Assembly (NCBI GenBank): GCA_031431875.1
Contig: JANPEF010000145.1
Coordinates: 1-27,119 of the forward strand
DNA length: 27,119 nucleotides
Source: Candidatus Eiseniibacteriota bacterium
GTDB taxonomy: Bacteria > Eisenbacteria > RBG-16-71-46 > DASYSL01
Direction of reading: 5' to 3'
Below are positions 8,322 through 16,752 of this stretch, piece by piece. Within the stretch, counting starts at the first letter, position 1. The number at the start of each line of letters is the position of its first letter. The notes beneath the pieces were generated by a model. The model had not been told where the DNA came from. It saw only the letters and a program-made list of their open reading frames with translations, and made no database searches. Position numbers and translations under genes: made by a program.

Positions 8322-9551
8322 TCAGGGGCGTCCCGCTGCCGCGGCCGAGCCGGGCTCGGGCGTGCGCCCGTTCTCGAGGTACGACCACAGCAGCGAGGCC
8401 TGGCGGCGGCTGACCGCGGGCGGACCGATCACGCGCGCGGCGACCAGCGGCACGTCGCCGACCGAGTCGGGGTGTTCGAGTGCCTCGAGACCATGGGCGA
8501 ACTGATCCTCGAGCGCGCGGCGATCGGTCGCGGTGGGCACCATGGCCGCGCCCGCGGGCACGGCCTTCCCGGCGCGCTCGAGCGCACTCATGACGGCAAC
8601 GGTCTCGCGGAGGCCGGCCGGGGCCTGTGCCTCGGCCTCGCGGCGAGGCAGGCGATCGGCCGCGAACGACGGGCGCGACGAGGCCGGGAGCTTCGCGGCA
8701 AAGCCGAGCAGCCGGCCGCGCAGCGTGGTCCAACGCGCCGGCGGCGGGCCGCCCGGGGCCAGAGCGGTATAGGCAATGCGGTAGAGCTCGGCGCGGCTGA
8801 GCGGATCGTCGCCCTGCTCGACGCTGCGACGGGGAAGGGCACCGCGCTGGACGAGCGCCAGCAGCGGATCGACGGTGCTCGGCGCAGCCGATGCGGCCAG
8901 TGCGCCGGGGAGGAAGGGTGACGCGCTGTGCGGCATCATGGCGGCGAGCACGCGCAGCGGATCGACGATCGAGGCCTTCATCCACGCCTCGCCGAGCGGG
9001 AGGTCGGCGTGCTGGAGCACGTCCTTCATCTCCCGGAACTCGAGGTGGAGGTGCGGACCGCTCGAGTGGCCGGTCGAGCCGATGCGGCCCAGCGGCTGGC
9101 CGAGTGCCACCACCTCGCCCTCGTGGACTGCGATGCTGCCGGGCAACAGGTGCGCGAACAGGGTGAAGAGGAGGTCGCCGCCGGGCAGGCGGTGCGCGAG
9201 GACGACCATGTTGCCCCAGCCGCCGGCCCAACCGGTGCGGGTGGTGACGACGAGGCCGGAGGCGACAGCCCGCACCTCGCCGCCCGAGGCGCGATTGGAC
9301 AGGTCGAGGCCCTCGTGGCGATCGCCACGGGAGCGGAGTCCGCGCGACAGCGCGAAACCCGACGTCTCACCGGGTGCAGGGCGCTGGAAATCGAGGGGAT
9401 CGCCCACCGGGGAGACCATGGTGGTCGCCCACGGGGTACGCTCGAGCTCGCCCTGGGCGTGCACGATCTCCGCCGGCGCAAGCAGAAGCGCGAGGGCGGT
9501 GACGAGCAGGCTGTGCGACAGGTGTGGGATCGAGAGGAGTCGGTACGTCAC
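8322..9551 (-). CDS. Secreted M23-family metallopeptidase with C-terminal extension
   Basis: HEGLD (HxxxD), GWGNMVVLAH, FAHL, IGSTGHSSGPHLHLE (HxH). Signal peptide ending VHA. GTG 9551 follows AAAGGA, and the ORF-track start at 9650 coincides with the -35 element. Confidence 0.88.
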   Translation of the reverse strand: MTYRLLSIPHLSHSLLVTALALLLAPAEIVHAQGELERTPWATTMVSPVGDPLDFQRPAPGETSGFALSRGLRSRGDRHEGLDLSNRASGGEVRAVASGLVVTTRTGWAGGWGNMVVLAHRLPGGDLLFTLFAHLLPGSIAVHEGEVVALGQPLGRIGSTGHSSGPHLHLEFREMKDVLQHADLPLGEAWMKASIVDPLRVLAAMMPHSASPFLPGALAASAAPSTVDPLLALVQRGALPRRSVEQGDDPLSRAELYRIAYTALAPGGPPPARWTTLRGRLLGFAAKLPASSRPSFAADRLPRREAEAQAPAGLRETVAVMSALERAGKAVPAGAAMVPTATDRRALEDQFAHGLEALEHPDSVGDVPLVAARVIGPPAVSRRQASLLWSYLENGRTPEPGSAAAAGRP

Positions 9552-9621
9552 GGGCCGGGTCCTTTCGGTCGGGTCAGGCGGCGGCGGCGGGGGCCACCGA
9601 TCGAAAACTCCGGGCCCCGAC

Positions 9622-9650
9622 ACCCTATCCACCGGGCCGGGAACGGTCAA
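9622..9650 (-). promoter_or_regulatory. sigma70-type promoter for the M23-XRE-XRE operon
   Basis: TTGACC (9650-9645), 17 nt, TAGGGT (9627-9622), with AT-rich DNA upstream. Confidence 0.65.
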
Positions 9651-9829
9651 TGCTTTATCGGACGAAAATGCGCGGCCTTTTGCCTAAAGTGAGCTCTGAT
9701 TCGAGAACCGAAGGATCGAGAGTCATTAAATGAATGTGTAGCAATCGATTAGGATACTGGCTTGGATTGGGTATGTCCTGAACATTTCTTGACATCCGTG
9801 CGTAGGGGCGGACAGCCCTGCTCCGCAGG

Positions 9830-11158
9830 CTATCCGCGGTAGCGCACCTTGAGCCGTCCCCAGGTGGACGCCCGGGCAGGGGTCGGACCGCAATCGCCGC
9901 AGGTCACGCCCGTCGAGCCCCAGAACGCATCGCCGCACCCGGGGGCCACCAGCGGCGAGTTGGCGCACAAGCCCACGTCCCCGGCGGGCAGGTTGCACAG
10001 GTACGGATCGACCGCGAGGTTCGAAGCGTCGCCGGCGGGCGCACAGTTGCCGGAGAGGTCGGCGCCATGGTTGCCGAACAGCGCCGAGCACCCGGCCTCG
10101 AGCGTCGCGCGCGAGTCGGTGCAGGCCAGGCCCGATGCGTTGCCGGCGACGATCGACGCGTGCAGGCGCAGCGCGCCCGCGTCGGTGACCTCGCCGGCGG
10201 CGGGAGCCGGGCCCGTCGACGACAGGACGTCGCACTGGGCGAGCGACAGGAGCGCGCAGTCGGCCGCCCCCAGGTGCGGGGCGGGCGCGATCGCGTCGCC
10301 GGGTCGATCGGGGGCGCCGGCCTCACAGCTCACGTAGACGCCGCCGCCGCCCTGGCTCGAGCCGTTGCGCAGGAACGTGCAGAACGTGGCGAGCACCTGC
10401 CCGCCCGCCGCAACGGCGATACCGCCGCCGCGTCCGGATGCGACGTTGTCCTCGAAGCGCACATGGCCGAGCGTCGCGATGCAGGTGTCGAAGTGCATGC
10501 CGCCGCCATTGCCGCCACTCGTCGCGCCGCGCACCAGAGTGTCCGTCACGTTGACTCGCGCGCCGTTGGTGGCGAAGAGAGCGCCGCCCGTCGTCGCCTG
10601 TGGTGCCTCGAAGCGCCCGTCCTCGATCGTGACCTGGCCCCCCGCCTGGAAGTGCCCGCCGCCGAACGCCGCACTGCCACCGCTCCACGTGCAGCGCACC
10701 AGCGTGAGGGTCGTCGCGACGCCGGAGGTGCCGCCGCCGAATGTCGCCTGGCCGCCGTCGAAGGTGCAGTCGACGACGCGAACGACGCCGCCGACCACGC
10801 GCAGCGCGCCGCCGACGGTGCTGCCGCTCTCGGGTTCGCCGCGGCCTCGTTCGAGGCGGAAGCCCTCGAGCCGCGTGCCCTGGGTGCAGGCGATCGCCGA
10901 GACACACGAGCCACCGAGCGCCGCGTCGATCGTCGCCGTCCCCGGTGCGCCGTCGACGCGCAACACCACGCCCGGGGTGAGCGAGACGCGCTCGACGTAC
11001 GTGCCCGGCGCGACCAGGACGGTGTCGCCGGCGGAGGCGACGCCGAGCGCCGCGCCGATCGTCACCCAGTCGGCGGGGACGCGCCGCGTCGTCGCCTCGC
11101 CGGGCGTGCCGAGCGTGAGGAGGCAGAGCGGGACGAGAAGCGCCGTTCCGCGCGTCAC
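9830..11158 (-). CDS. Secreted right-handed parallel beta-helix repeat protein with C-terminal TWGRLK motif
   Basis: GTGA overlap with the upstream stop. Signal peptide, then RRVPADWVTIGAAL...GDTVLVAPGTYVE and repeated GGA(L/I)/GGG(M/I/V) with FxxN. Ends TPARASTWGRLKVRYRG. Confidence 0.85.
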   Translation of the reverse strand: MTRGTALLVPLCLLTLGTPGEATTRRVPADWVTIGAALGVASAGDTVLVAPGTYVERVSLTPGVVLRVDGAPGTATIDAALGGSCVSAIACTQGTRLEGFRLERGRGEPESGSTVGGALRVVGGVVRVVDCTFDGGQATFGGGTSGVATTLTLVRCTWSGGSAAFGGGHFQAGGQVTIEDGRFEAPQATTGGALFATNGARVNVTDTLVRGATSGGNGGGMHFDTCIATLGHVRFEDNVASGRGGGIAVAAGGQVLATFCTFLRNGSSQGGGGVYVSCEAGAPDRPGDAIAPAPHLGAADCALLSLAQCDVLSSTGPAPAAGEVTDAGALRLHASIVAGNASGLACTDSRATLEAGCSALFGNHGADLSGNCAPAGDASNLAVDPYLCNLPAGDVGLCANSPLVAPGCGDAFWGSTGVTCGDCGPTPARASTWGRLKVRYRG

Positions 11159-14127
11159 GGCAGCCACACGAAGCGCCCGCGGGCGACCGAGGCCCCGGCG
11201 CGGTCGGCGACGTGCACCAGCACGACGCCCGGCGGCACGCTTCGGCCGGTGTCGTCGCGCCCGTCCCACGCGGTGCGGCCTTCGCCTTCGCCGCGGACGG
11301 GCAGCGTGGCGAGTCGGCGCCCCGCGACCGAGTACAGCGTGGCGGTCAGCCCATCGCCGCTGCGGCCGCCCAGGGCGACGTGCACCTCGGCCCGGCCGTG
11401 CGCGGGATTGGGCCACGCCCAGGCGAGCCCGGCGCTCGCGGGTACCGCGGGCGGCGGGTCGACCGCGACCGGCGCGGCGGCCGCTGCGGCGCGCACGATC
11501 GTGCGCAGGCGGCGCGCGCCCGCACTCGAACTGAGCCACGCCAGGTGCGTGCGCCCGAACGAGTCGAGGGCGAAGCCGGTGCCGAGCAGTTGCTCGGCTC
11601 CGAAGGACAGGAGGCGCGACGGTCCCGCGTCCCACAGTCCGAGGTCGCGGTGCCAGGTCGCCTCGACCAATTCCAGTCCGTCCGATGTCGAGCGCCGGAA
11701 GTTGAGCTTGATGTTCCCGCGCGCGTCGACGACCGGGCGGGGCAGGTCGAGGTTGACCGCGCTGCGATAGACGTCGAAGCCCAGGTTCCAGCCCGCCAGG
11801 AGGGACCAGCGGGCCTGGCGGATCTCGCTCTCGGACGCCCGGTTCTCGCGCCAGAACAGCCACACCGAGGTATCACTCTCGGTCACCAGCACCGGCTGGT
11901 TGCTGGTGAAGCCGTCGCGGGCGGAAAGAAAGCGCGTCTCGGTGAAGCCCCCGGCGCTGTCGACGCAGACCTTGATCTCGTCGACCCCGTCGATGCGCTC
12001 CTGGTAGGCGAGCACGATGCGGCTGCCGGCGGTCGCGACCGTGGGCAGCGCGGCGTTGCCGAACTCGGCGAACTCCTCGGGGAACGAAGCTCGCACGTCG
12101 GTCGCCGCGGACTCTTCTCCCGGGAAGAAGCGGCGCGTGTAGATCGCGGTGCCGCCATCGCGCCCGTCCATCCAGGCGAGCACGATGCGCCCGGCGCTGG
12201 TCCATGCGACGGCGGGCAACTGCGACGCCGCAGGCTGGTTGGTGGCGCGCCGCGCTGCCCCGAAGTCGGCGCCCGGCTCGGCCCACGCGTAGTAGATTTC
12301 GGAGTTGCCGTCGCGCGTGTCCCACCACGCGACCGCCTTCCGTCCTGCCGCGCCGATCGCCAGCGCGGGCGACAGCGACAGGCCCGGCTCGTTGGTGAGC
12401 GCCAGCGGCGGGCTCCATTCGACACCGAAGCGCTTGCGCCGGATCCGGATCTCGTTGCCGCCCGGCGCGTCGTCCTCGTAGGCGAGCCACAGGTCACCGA
12501 GGGCGTCGGCGACCAGCGGTGAACGCCCGGTGGCGACCAGCGCCGCGGTCGGGCCGGTCACGCCGATCGTCTGCGGCGCGCTCCAGCCGCTCGGCGAGAG
12601 CTGCACGTAGGCGGAGATGTCGGCGCCCTTGGTGCGGATCGCCTCGAGCGACGTGTTGAGGGGCCGGCCCTGGAGCGTGCGCGTCGAGGGGACCGTGTCG
12701 TCGGCGAAGCGCGTCCGGTTCTGGGCACCGGGGAACGGGTCGCGCCCATCGCCGCGATTGCCCGCACGCGTCAGGTCGTAGCGGCCGTCGGCCTCTTCGA
12801 GCCGCAGCCCGGGAATCAATCCGGAGTTGATGTTGTTGGCGTAGCGGCGCTGGGCGATCACGTCGGAGCGGATGCGATAGGCGAGGAGGCCTTCGCCGGG
12901 CAGGCTCGAGTCGAAACCCGTGCGCCGGCGGTTCTCGAGCAGGAAGAACTCGGGCGAGTCCTCGCCCTGGAACCACAGGCGGTAGGCGCGGTGCGCGGTC
13001 GCCATGGGCTGGAACGTGGCGTCGCCGTCGGTCGCGAGGTTCTCGACCTGGGCCCAGCCCGCGTCGACCTTGGCCCAGGCGGAGGGATGCGTCGGCCGCG
13101 CCGGCGAACGGTTGTCGCCGCCGTAGGCGCCGGTCGACATGAGGCACCAATTGCCCGGCCCGAGATTGGTGCCGCCGCCGAGCACCGTCGCGTCGTACAG
13201 ATCCGGCCAGCCGAGGATGTGTCCGAACTCGTGGGCGTAGACGCCGATCTCGGTGAGCGACGTCCCGTCGAGCGGCGAGTTCTCGGGGAGGATGGCGAAC
13301 TGGTCGACCTTCATGAACTGGCCCGGGAAGCCCGGCCGCGGATCATCCGTGACGTACGAGCTGACGAAGCCCCAGTTGTTGTTGAGGCCCGAGGTCACCG
13401 ACCAGAACTGCGTGCGATCGCCGGCTGCTGCCTCGGCGCCGACGCCGGCGTGGACGACGAGGACGCCGTCGACGTAGCCGTCGGCATTGCGGTCGTGCTG
13501 GGTGAAGTCGATGTCGGCATCGTTGGCCCGCAGCGCCGCGTACAACAGGCCCGCGTCGTTCTGCGGGTAGGTCGTGCGGGCCAGTCCGTACGAGTCGTTG
13601 GCGTAGAAGTTCGCGGTGTCCGCAAGCGTGCGCCAGCCGAGGACGCGGCCGCGCACCTTGAGCAGTCCGCCCGAGACCTCATCGTAGTAGTTCGCCAGCG
13701 ATCCCGTGGGCACGGTCCCGGTCGTGTCGAAGAGCAGCGGCTGGAATAGCGCTGCGGCGTGCGTGGCGCGACGATCCGGAAAGTCGACGAGCAGCACGGG
13801 CAGGTTCCAGTGGCCGATCGTGGCGGGCATCGCCGCGTGCACGGTGGGGCGCGCCAGGCGTGGGTCGAGCGGCGTCGTCCACGGCGCCTCGTCCGGGACG
13901 AGGGGCGGCGGCGCGGGTCGGATGAGGCCCGAGGCGATTGCCTCGACGACCATGGCCGGAAGGGGACCACCAAGGATGGGAGGGAGCACGGCGCAGGCGT
14001 CGCGGGAGAGGAGCATCGCGAACCCGACCATGCTCGCAAGGGCGAGCCCGGCAGTGGAAGCAGGATGCGGGGTCCGGCGCACGCGCAGTGGAACGGCGCG
14101 GCCCGGGCCCGATGGGATCATCGGCAC
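11155..14127 (-). CDS. M6-family (immune inhibitor A-like) zinc metalloprotease with propeller-like repeats and C-terminal FlgD-Ig/T9SS-like domain
   Basis: LLVDFPD, GSLANYYDEVSGG, VHAGVGAE, HEFGHILGWPDLY, WCLMSTG, FFLLENR. WWDTRDGNSEIY-type repeats. C-terminal AWPNP...LYSVAGRRLATL...WDGRDDTGRSVPPGV. AGGAG RBS precedes GTG 14127/ATG 14121; the exact start is uncertain. Confidence 0.88.
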   Translation of the reverse strand: MPMIPSGPGRAVPLRVRRTPHPASTAGLALASMVGFAMLLSRDACAVLPPILGGPLPAMVVEAIASGLIRPAPPPLVPDEAPWTTPLDPRLARPTVHAAMPATIGHWNLPVLLVDFPDRRATHAAALFQPLLFDTTGTVPTGSLANYYDEVSGGLLKVRGRVLGWRTLADTANFYANDSYGLARTTYPQNDAGLLYAALRANDADIDFTQHDRNADGYVDGVLVVHAGVGAEAAAGDRTQFWSVTSGLNNNWGFVSSYVTDDPRPGFPGQFMKVDQFAILPENSPLDGTSLTEIGVYAHEFGHILGWPDLYDATVLGGGTNLGPGNWCLMSTGAYGGDNRSPARPTHPSAWAKVDAGWAQVENLATDGDATFQPMATAHRAYRLWFQGEDSPEFFLLENRRRTGFDSSLPGEGLLAYRIRSDVIAQRRYANNINSGLIPGLRLEEADGRYDLTRAGNRGDGRDPFPGAQNRTRFADDTVPSTRTLQGRPLNTSLEAIRTKGADISAYVQLSPSGWSAPQTIGVTGPTAALVATGRSPLVADALGDLWLAYEDDAPGGNEIRIRRKRFGVEWSPPLALTNEPGLSLSPALAIGAAGRKAVAWWDTRDGNSEIYYAWAEPGADFGAARRATNQPAASQLPAVAWTSAGRIVLAWMDGRDGGTAIYTRRFFPGEESAATDVRASFPEEFAEFGNAALPTVATAGSRIVLAYQERIDGVDEIKVCVDSAGGFTETRFLSARDGFTSNQPVLVTESDTSVWLFWRENRASESEIRQARWSLLAGWNLGFDVYRSAVNLDLPRPVVDARGNIKLNFRRSTSDGLELVEATWHRDLGLWDAGPSRLLSFGAEQLLGTGFALDSFGRTHLAWLSSSAGARRLRTIVRAAAAAAPVAVDPPPAVPASAGLAWAWPNPAHGRAEVHVALGGRSGDGLTATLYSVAGRRLATLPVRGEGEGRTAWDGRDDTGRSVPPGVVLVHVADRAGASVARGRFVWLP

Positions 14128-14165
14128 GCAGACTCCTGACGCGAATCGCCCGGTCGGGCCCGTGC

Positions 14166-14194
14166 ATGATCGCAAGCCGCGCATCGGGGGTCAA
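14166..14194 (-). promoter_or_regulatory. sigma70-type promoter for the M6 protease operon
   Basis: TTGACC (14194-14189), 17 nt ending TGC, GATCAT (14171-14166). Confidence 0.55.
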
Positions 14195-14196
14195 GG

Positions 14197-14250
14197 GGGG
14201 CGACGCGGCGGGGCGACGCGGCGGGGCGACGGGCGTGGGGGCGACGCGGC
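14197..14250 (+). repeat. Four near-tandem 13-bp direct repeats GGGGCGACGCGGC
   Basis: Exact copies at 14197-14209, 14210-14222 and 14238-14250; variant GGGGCGACGGGC at 14223-14234. Confidence 0.9.
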
Positions 14251-14268
14251 ACCAGGCGAATCGGCCGC

Positions 14269-14297
14269 TTGCCCGCGCGGGCGCGGCGACTTAGCGT
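14269..14297 (+). promoter_or_regulatory. sigma70-type promoter for the GWxTD operon (probably leaderless)
   Basis: TTGCCC (14269-14274), 17 nt, TAGCGT (14292-14297); predicted +1 near GTG 14304. Confidence 0.55.
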
Positions 14298-14303
14298 AGG
14301 TTC

Positions 14304-15599
14304 GTGAGCCCCGACGCGTCGTCCTCGACCCTGTTCAAGCGCTGCGTCCTCCCGGCCGCCCTGTGGCTGGCGCTCGCCGCACCGGACGCCCGCGCGGCCG
14401 ACAGGGGCGAGACCCGCGCCATCGCTCCGCTGATCAGCGAGACCTCGCCGCGCTTCGGCGCCGACCTGCGCGCCTCGCTCACCGCGCGCGGAACGGCGGT
14501 CGGCCTTGATCTCGAGATCCCGTACTCCGAGCTGCAGTTCATCCGCGTCCCGGGCGGCTATGGCGCCGTGCTCCAGGTGACGGTCGTGTTTCGCACCGCG
14601 AAGAAGAACGAGCAGGCCGGCGGCGACGTGTGGGAGGACCGCATCGCCGTGCCCACGATCGGGGCCTCGCGCGACCCGGCCGCGCGGGCGCGCTTCCGCC
14701 GCAGCTTCGCGCTCGAGCCCGGGGAGTACCGGGTCGAGCTCAGCGTCGAGGACCAGAACGGCGGCCGCGTCTCGCGTGCGCGCGGCACGCTCGCCGTGCC
14801 CGTGTTCGCCTCCGGCGGCCTCGGGCTCGGGGACCTCGAGTTCGGGTTGTGCGGCGCGGACGGCCGCTTCGTGTCGGTGCCGAGCCGCCGCTACGAGGCC
14901 GATCTGGCGATGCTGTGCGTCCGCGGGGCGGTCTACGATCGCAGCGTCGTGGCCGCCGAGCGCACCGTGGCGCTCAACTACGAAGTCCGCAGCGAGACGG
15001 GCGAGTCGGTCGCACATGGCGACACCGCGCTCGAAGTGAACGCGACGACGACGTTCGAACTCCGGCCGCGCGTGGGCAACCTGTTCCTCGGCCAGTACAC
15101 GCTGGCCGTCGAGGCGAAGGAGGGCAGCCGGCGCTGGAAGACCGAGCGCACCTTCGAGGTCGAGACGATGTCGCTGCCGCGCGGGCAGAGCTACGCCACG
15201 GTGATCGAGATCCTGTCCTACATCGCGACCGACGCCGAGTACGAACAGCTGCGCCGCGCCACCACCGATTCGACACAGCAGGTGGCGTGGGAGATGTTCT
15301 GGGGGCGGCGCGATCCATCCCCCGAGACGCCGCGCAACGAGGCGCTCATCGACTTCTTCCGCCGCGTGCGCTACGCCAACCGCACGTTCGCCATCCAGGG
15401 AGTGGCCGGCTGGCGCTGCGACCAGGGGCGCATCTGGATCCGCTACGGGCAACCCGACCAGGTCGAGGAGCGGCCGGCCACCTTCTACGAGCCGCCGATG
15501 CAGGTGTGGCAGTACTTCACGCTCAATCGTCGGTATGTGTTCGCCGATCGCGAGGGCTTCGGCCGCTACGAGCTGGTCTATCCGAGCGGGGAGCGATGA
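14304..15599 (+). CDS. GWxTD domain-containing protein
   Basis: LSYIATDAEY, FWGRRDPSPETPRNE, FRRVRYANRTF, GWRCDQGRIWIRYGQPD, VWQY, YVFADREGFGRYEL; signal peptide ending ARA. Confidence 0.9.
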   Translation: MSPDASSSTLFKRCVLPAALWLALAAPDARAADRGETRAIAPLISETSPRFGADLRASLTARGTAVGLDLEIPYSELQFIRVPGGYGAVLQVTVVFRTAKKNEQAGGDVWEDRIAVPTIGASRDPAARARFRRSFALEPGEYRVELSVEDQNGGRVSRARGTLAVPVFASGGLGLGDLEFGLCGADGRFVSVPSRRYEADLAMLCVRGAVYDRSVVAAERTVALNYEVRSETGESVAHGDTALEVNATTTFELRPRVGNLFLGQYTLAVEAKEGSRRWKTERTFEVETMSLPRGQSYATVIEILSYIATDAEYEQLRRATTDSTQQVAWEMFWGRRDPSPETPRNEALIDFFRRVRYANRTFAIQGVAGWRCDQGRIWIRYGQPDQVEERPATFYEPPMQVWQYFTLNRRYVFADREGFGRYELVYPSGER

Positions 15600-16540
15600 G
15601 TCTCGAGTTCGGGTCGTCCCCGATCATGAACGCGCTCACGGCACCGACCCCGCGCCACGCGACCGCACCCGCAGCCGCCGTCGTCGCCACCGGCGTGGTC
15701 GACCTGCGCCGCGCGCCGGACGCGGCGTCGGAACTCGTCTCGCAGTTGCTGTTCGGCGAGCCGCTGGCGGTGCTCGGCCGCTCGGACGACGGTCGCTTCC
15801 TCGACGTGCGCGGGCCCGACGGCTATCGTGGCTGGGCCCGCACGCTCGGCCTGGCGACCGGCGACGCGCCTGCGGTCGAGGCGTGGGCTGAGAGCGCGTC
15901 GCTGCGCGTGCGCCGGCCATGGGTGTGGCGCAGCGAGGGCGGGGGACCGCTGCCGGCGCAGGCATGGCTCGCTCCTGTCGCGGCCGATGCTGTACTCGGC
16001 CCGCTGGGTCCGGTCGCGCTCAAGCCTGCCGATCGCCGCGCCCTTGCTCCGGCAATCGTCGCCGGCTCCACCGTGCGGCGGCCGACGGCGCGCGCATGGA
16101 CGGCCGCACTCGCGCCCTATCTCGGCGTGTCCTACCTGTGGGGCGGGCGCACGGCGGCCGGCCTCGATTGCAGCGGTCTCATCCAACTGGTCGCCCTCGC
16201 GCTGGGGCTCGATCTGCCGCGCGATGCGCGCGACCAGTGCGCGCGGGTCGGCGGCGTCGACGCGCTGCGGGCGATTCCGGATGGGCCGGTCGTGCGCGCC
16301 GCCGCCGGCGCGCACCGGCCCCGCGCCGCGCTGCCGCGCGTGGGGGACTTGCTGTTCTTCGGCCCGCGCGTCGACAGCGTGACGCACATTGCCCTGTCGT
16401 CCGGAGGATTGCGGCTGTGGCACGCCTACGGCTGGGTCCGGGCGGCCTCGCTCGACCGCACGGACCTCTCCTACGAGCCCGAGCTGGGTGAGAACTTCCT
16501 CGGTTGGGGCCGGCTGCCGGGGGACCCCACAAGGGTTTGA
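15596..16540 (+). CDS. SH3 + NlpC/P60 (C40) cell-wall peptidase, YkfC-like
   Basis: ATGA overlap with the GWxTD gene. DLRRAPDAASELVSQLLFGE...DGYRGW (SH3b), YLWGGRTAAGLDCSGL, LPRDARDQ, GDLLFFG, THIAL. Confidence 0.9.
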   Translation: MSLEFGSSPIMNALTAPTPRHATAPAAAVVATGVVDLRRAPDAASELVSQLLFGEPLAVLGRSDDGRFLDVRGPDGYRGWARTLGLATGDAPAVEAWAESASLRVRRPWVWRSEGGGPLPAQAWLAPVAADAVLGPLGPVALKPADRRALAPAIVAGSTVRRPTARAWTAALAPYLGVSYLWGGRTAAGLDCSGLIQLVALALGLDLPRDARDQCARVGGVDALRAIPDGPVVRAAAGAHRPRAALPRVGDLLFFGPRVDSVTHIALSSGGLRLWHAYGWVRAASLDRTDLSYEPELGENFLGWGRLPGDPTRV

Positions 16541-16638
16541 CATTGACTCGAACTGCCCGCCGATGGACCATCCGCGGGTCGGCGCCAGGTCCGTCTCCGC
16601 GCTCCCATCCATTGGAGCGCGGTCCGGGCGTCCGCATA

Positions 16639-16673
16639 CCTTGTTCCGCTCGCCCGGAGCAGGGTTTTTGTTT
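16639..16673 (+). terminator. Intrinsic terminator (possibly part of an attenuator)
   Basis: CCTTGTTCCG-CTCGCC-CGGAGCAGGG stem (10 bp, including G-U pairs) followed by TTTTTGTTT. Confidence 0.8.
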
Positions 16674-16752
16674 CCCCCTTCCGTGAAGGCGGAGGGCTCC
16701 ATGGATCGGCTCGAGTGTGTCGATCCCAACTTTCCTCGTGGAGGTCCCATCC

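Noticed and set aside
11159..11863. N-terminal extension of the 677-aa ORF
   Set aside because: Arg/Pro-rich off-frame overlap with the M6 gene; the signal peptide begins at GTG 11158
14197..14250. Repeats as a CRISPR array
   Set aside because: 13-bp units without spacers, and no cas genes in the window
14630..15595. N-terminal extension of the 636-aa NlpC ORF
   Set aside because: Off-frame overlap with the GWxTD gene; the ATGA coupling at 15596 is the better start
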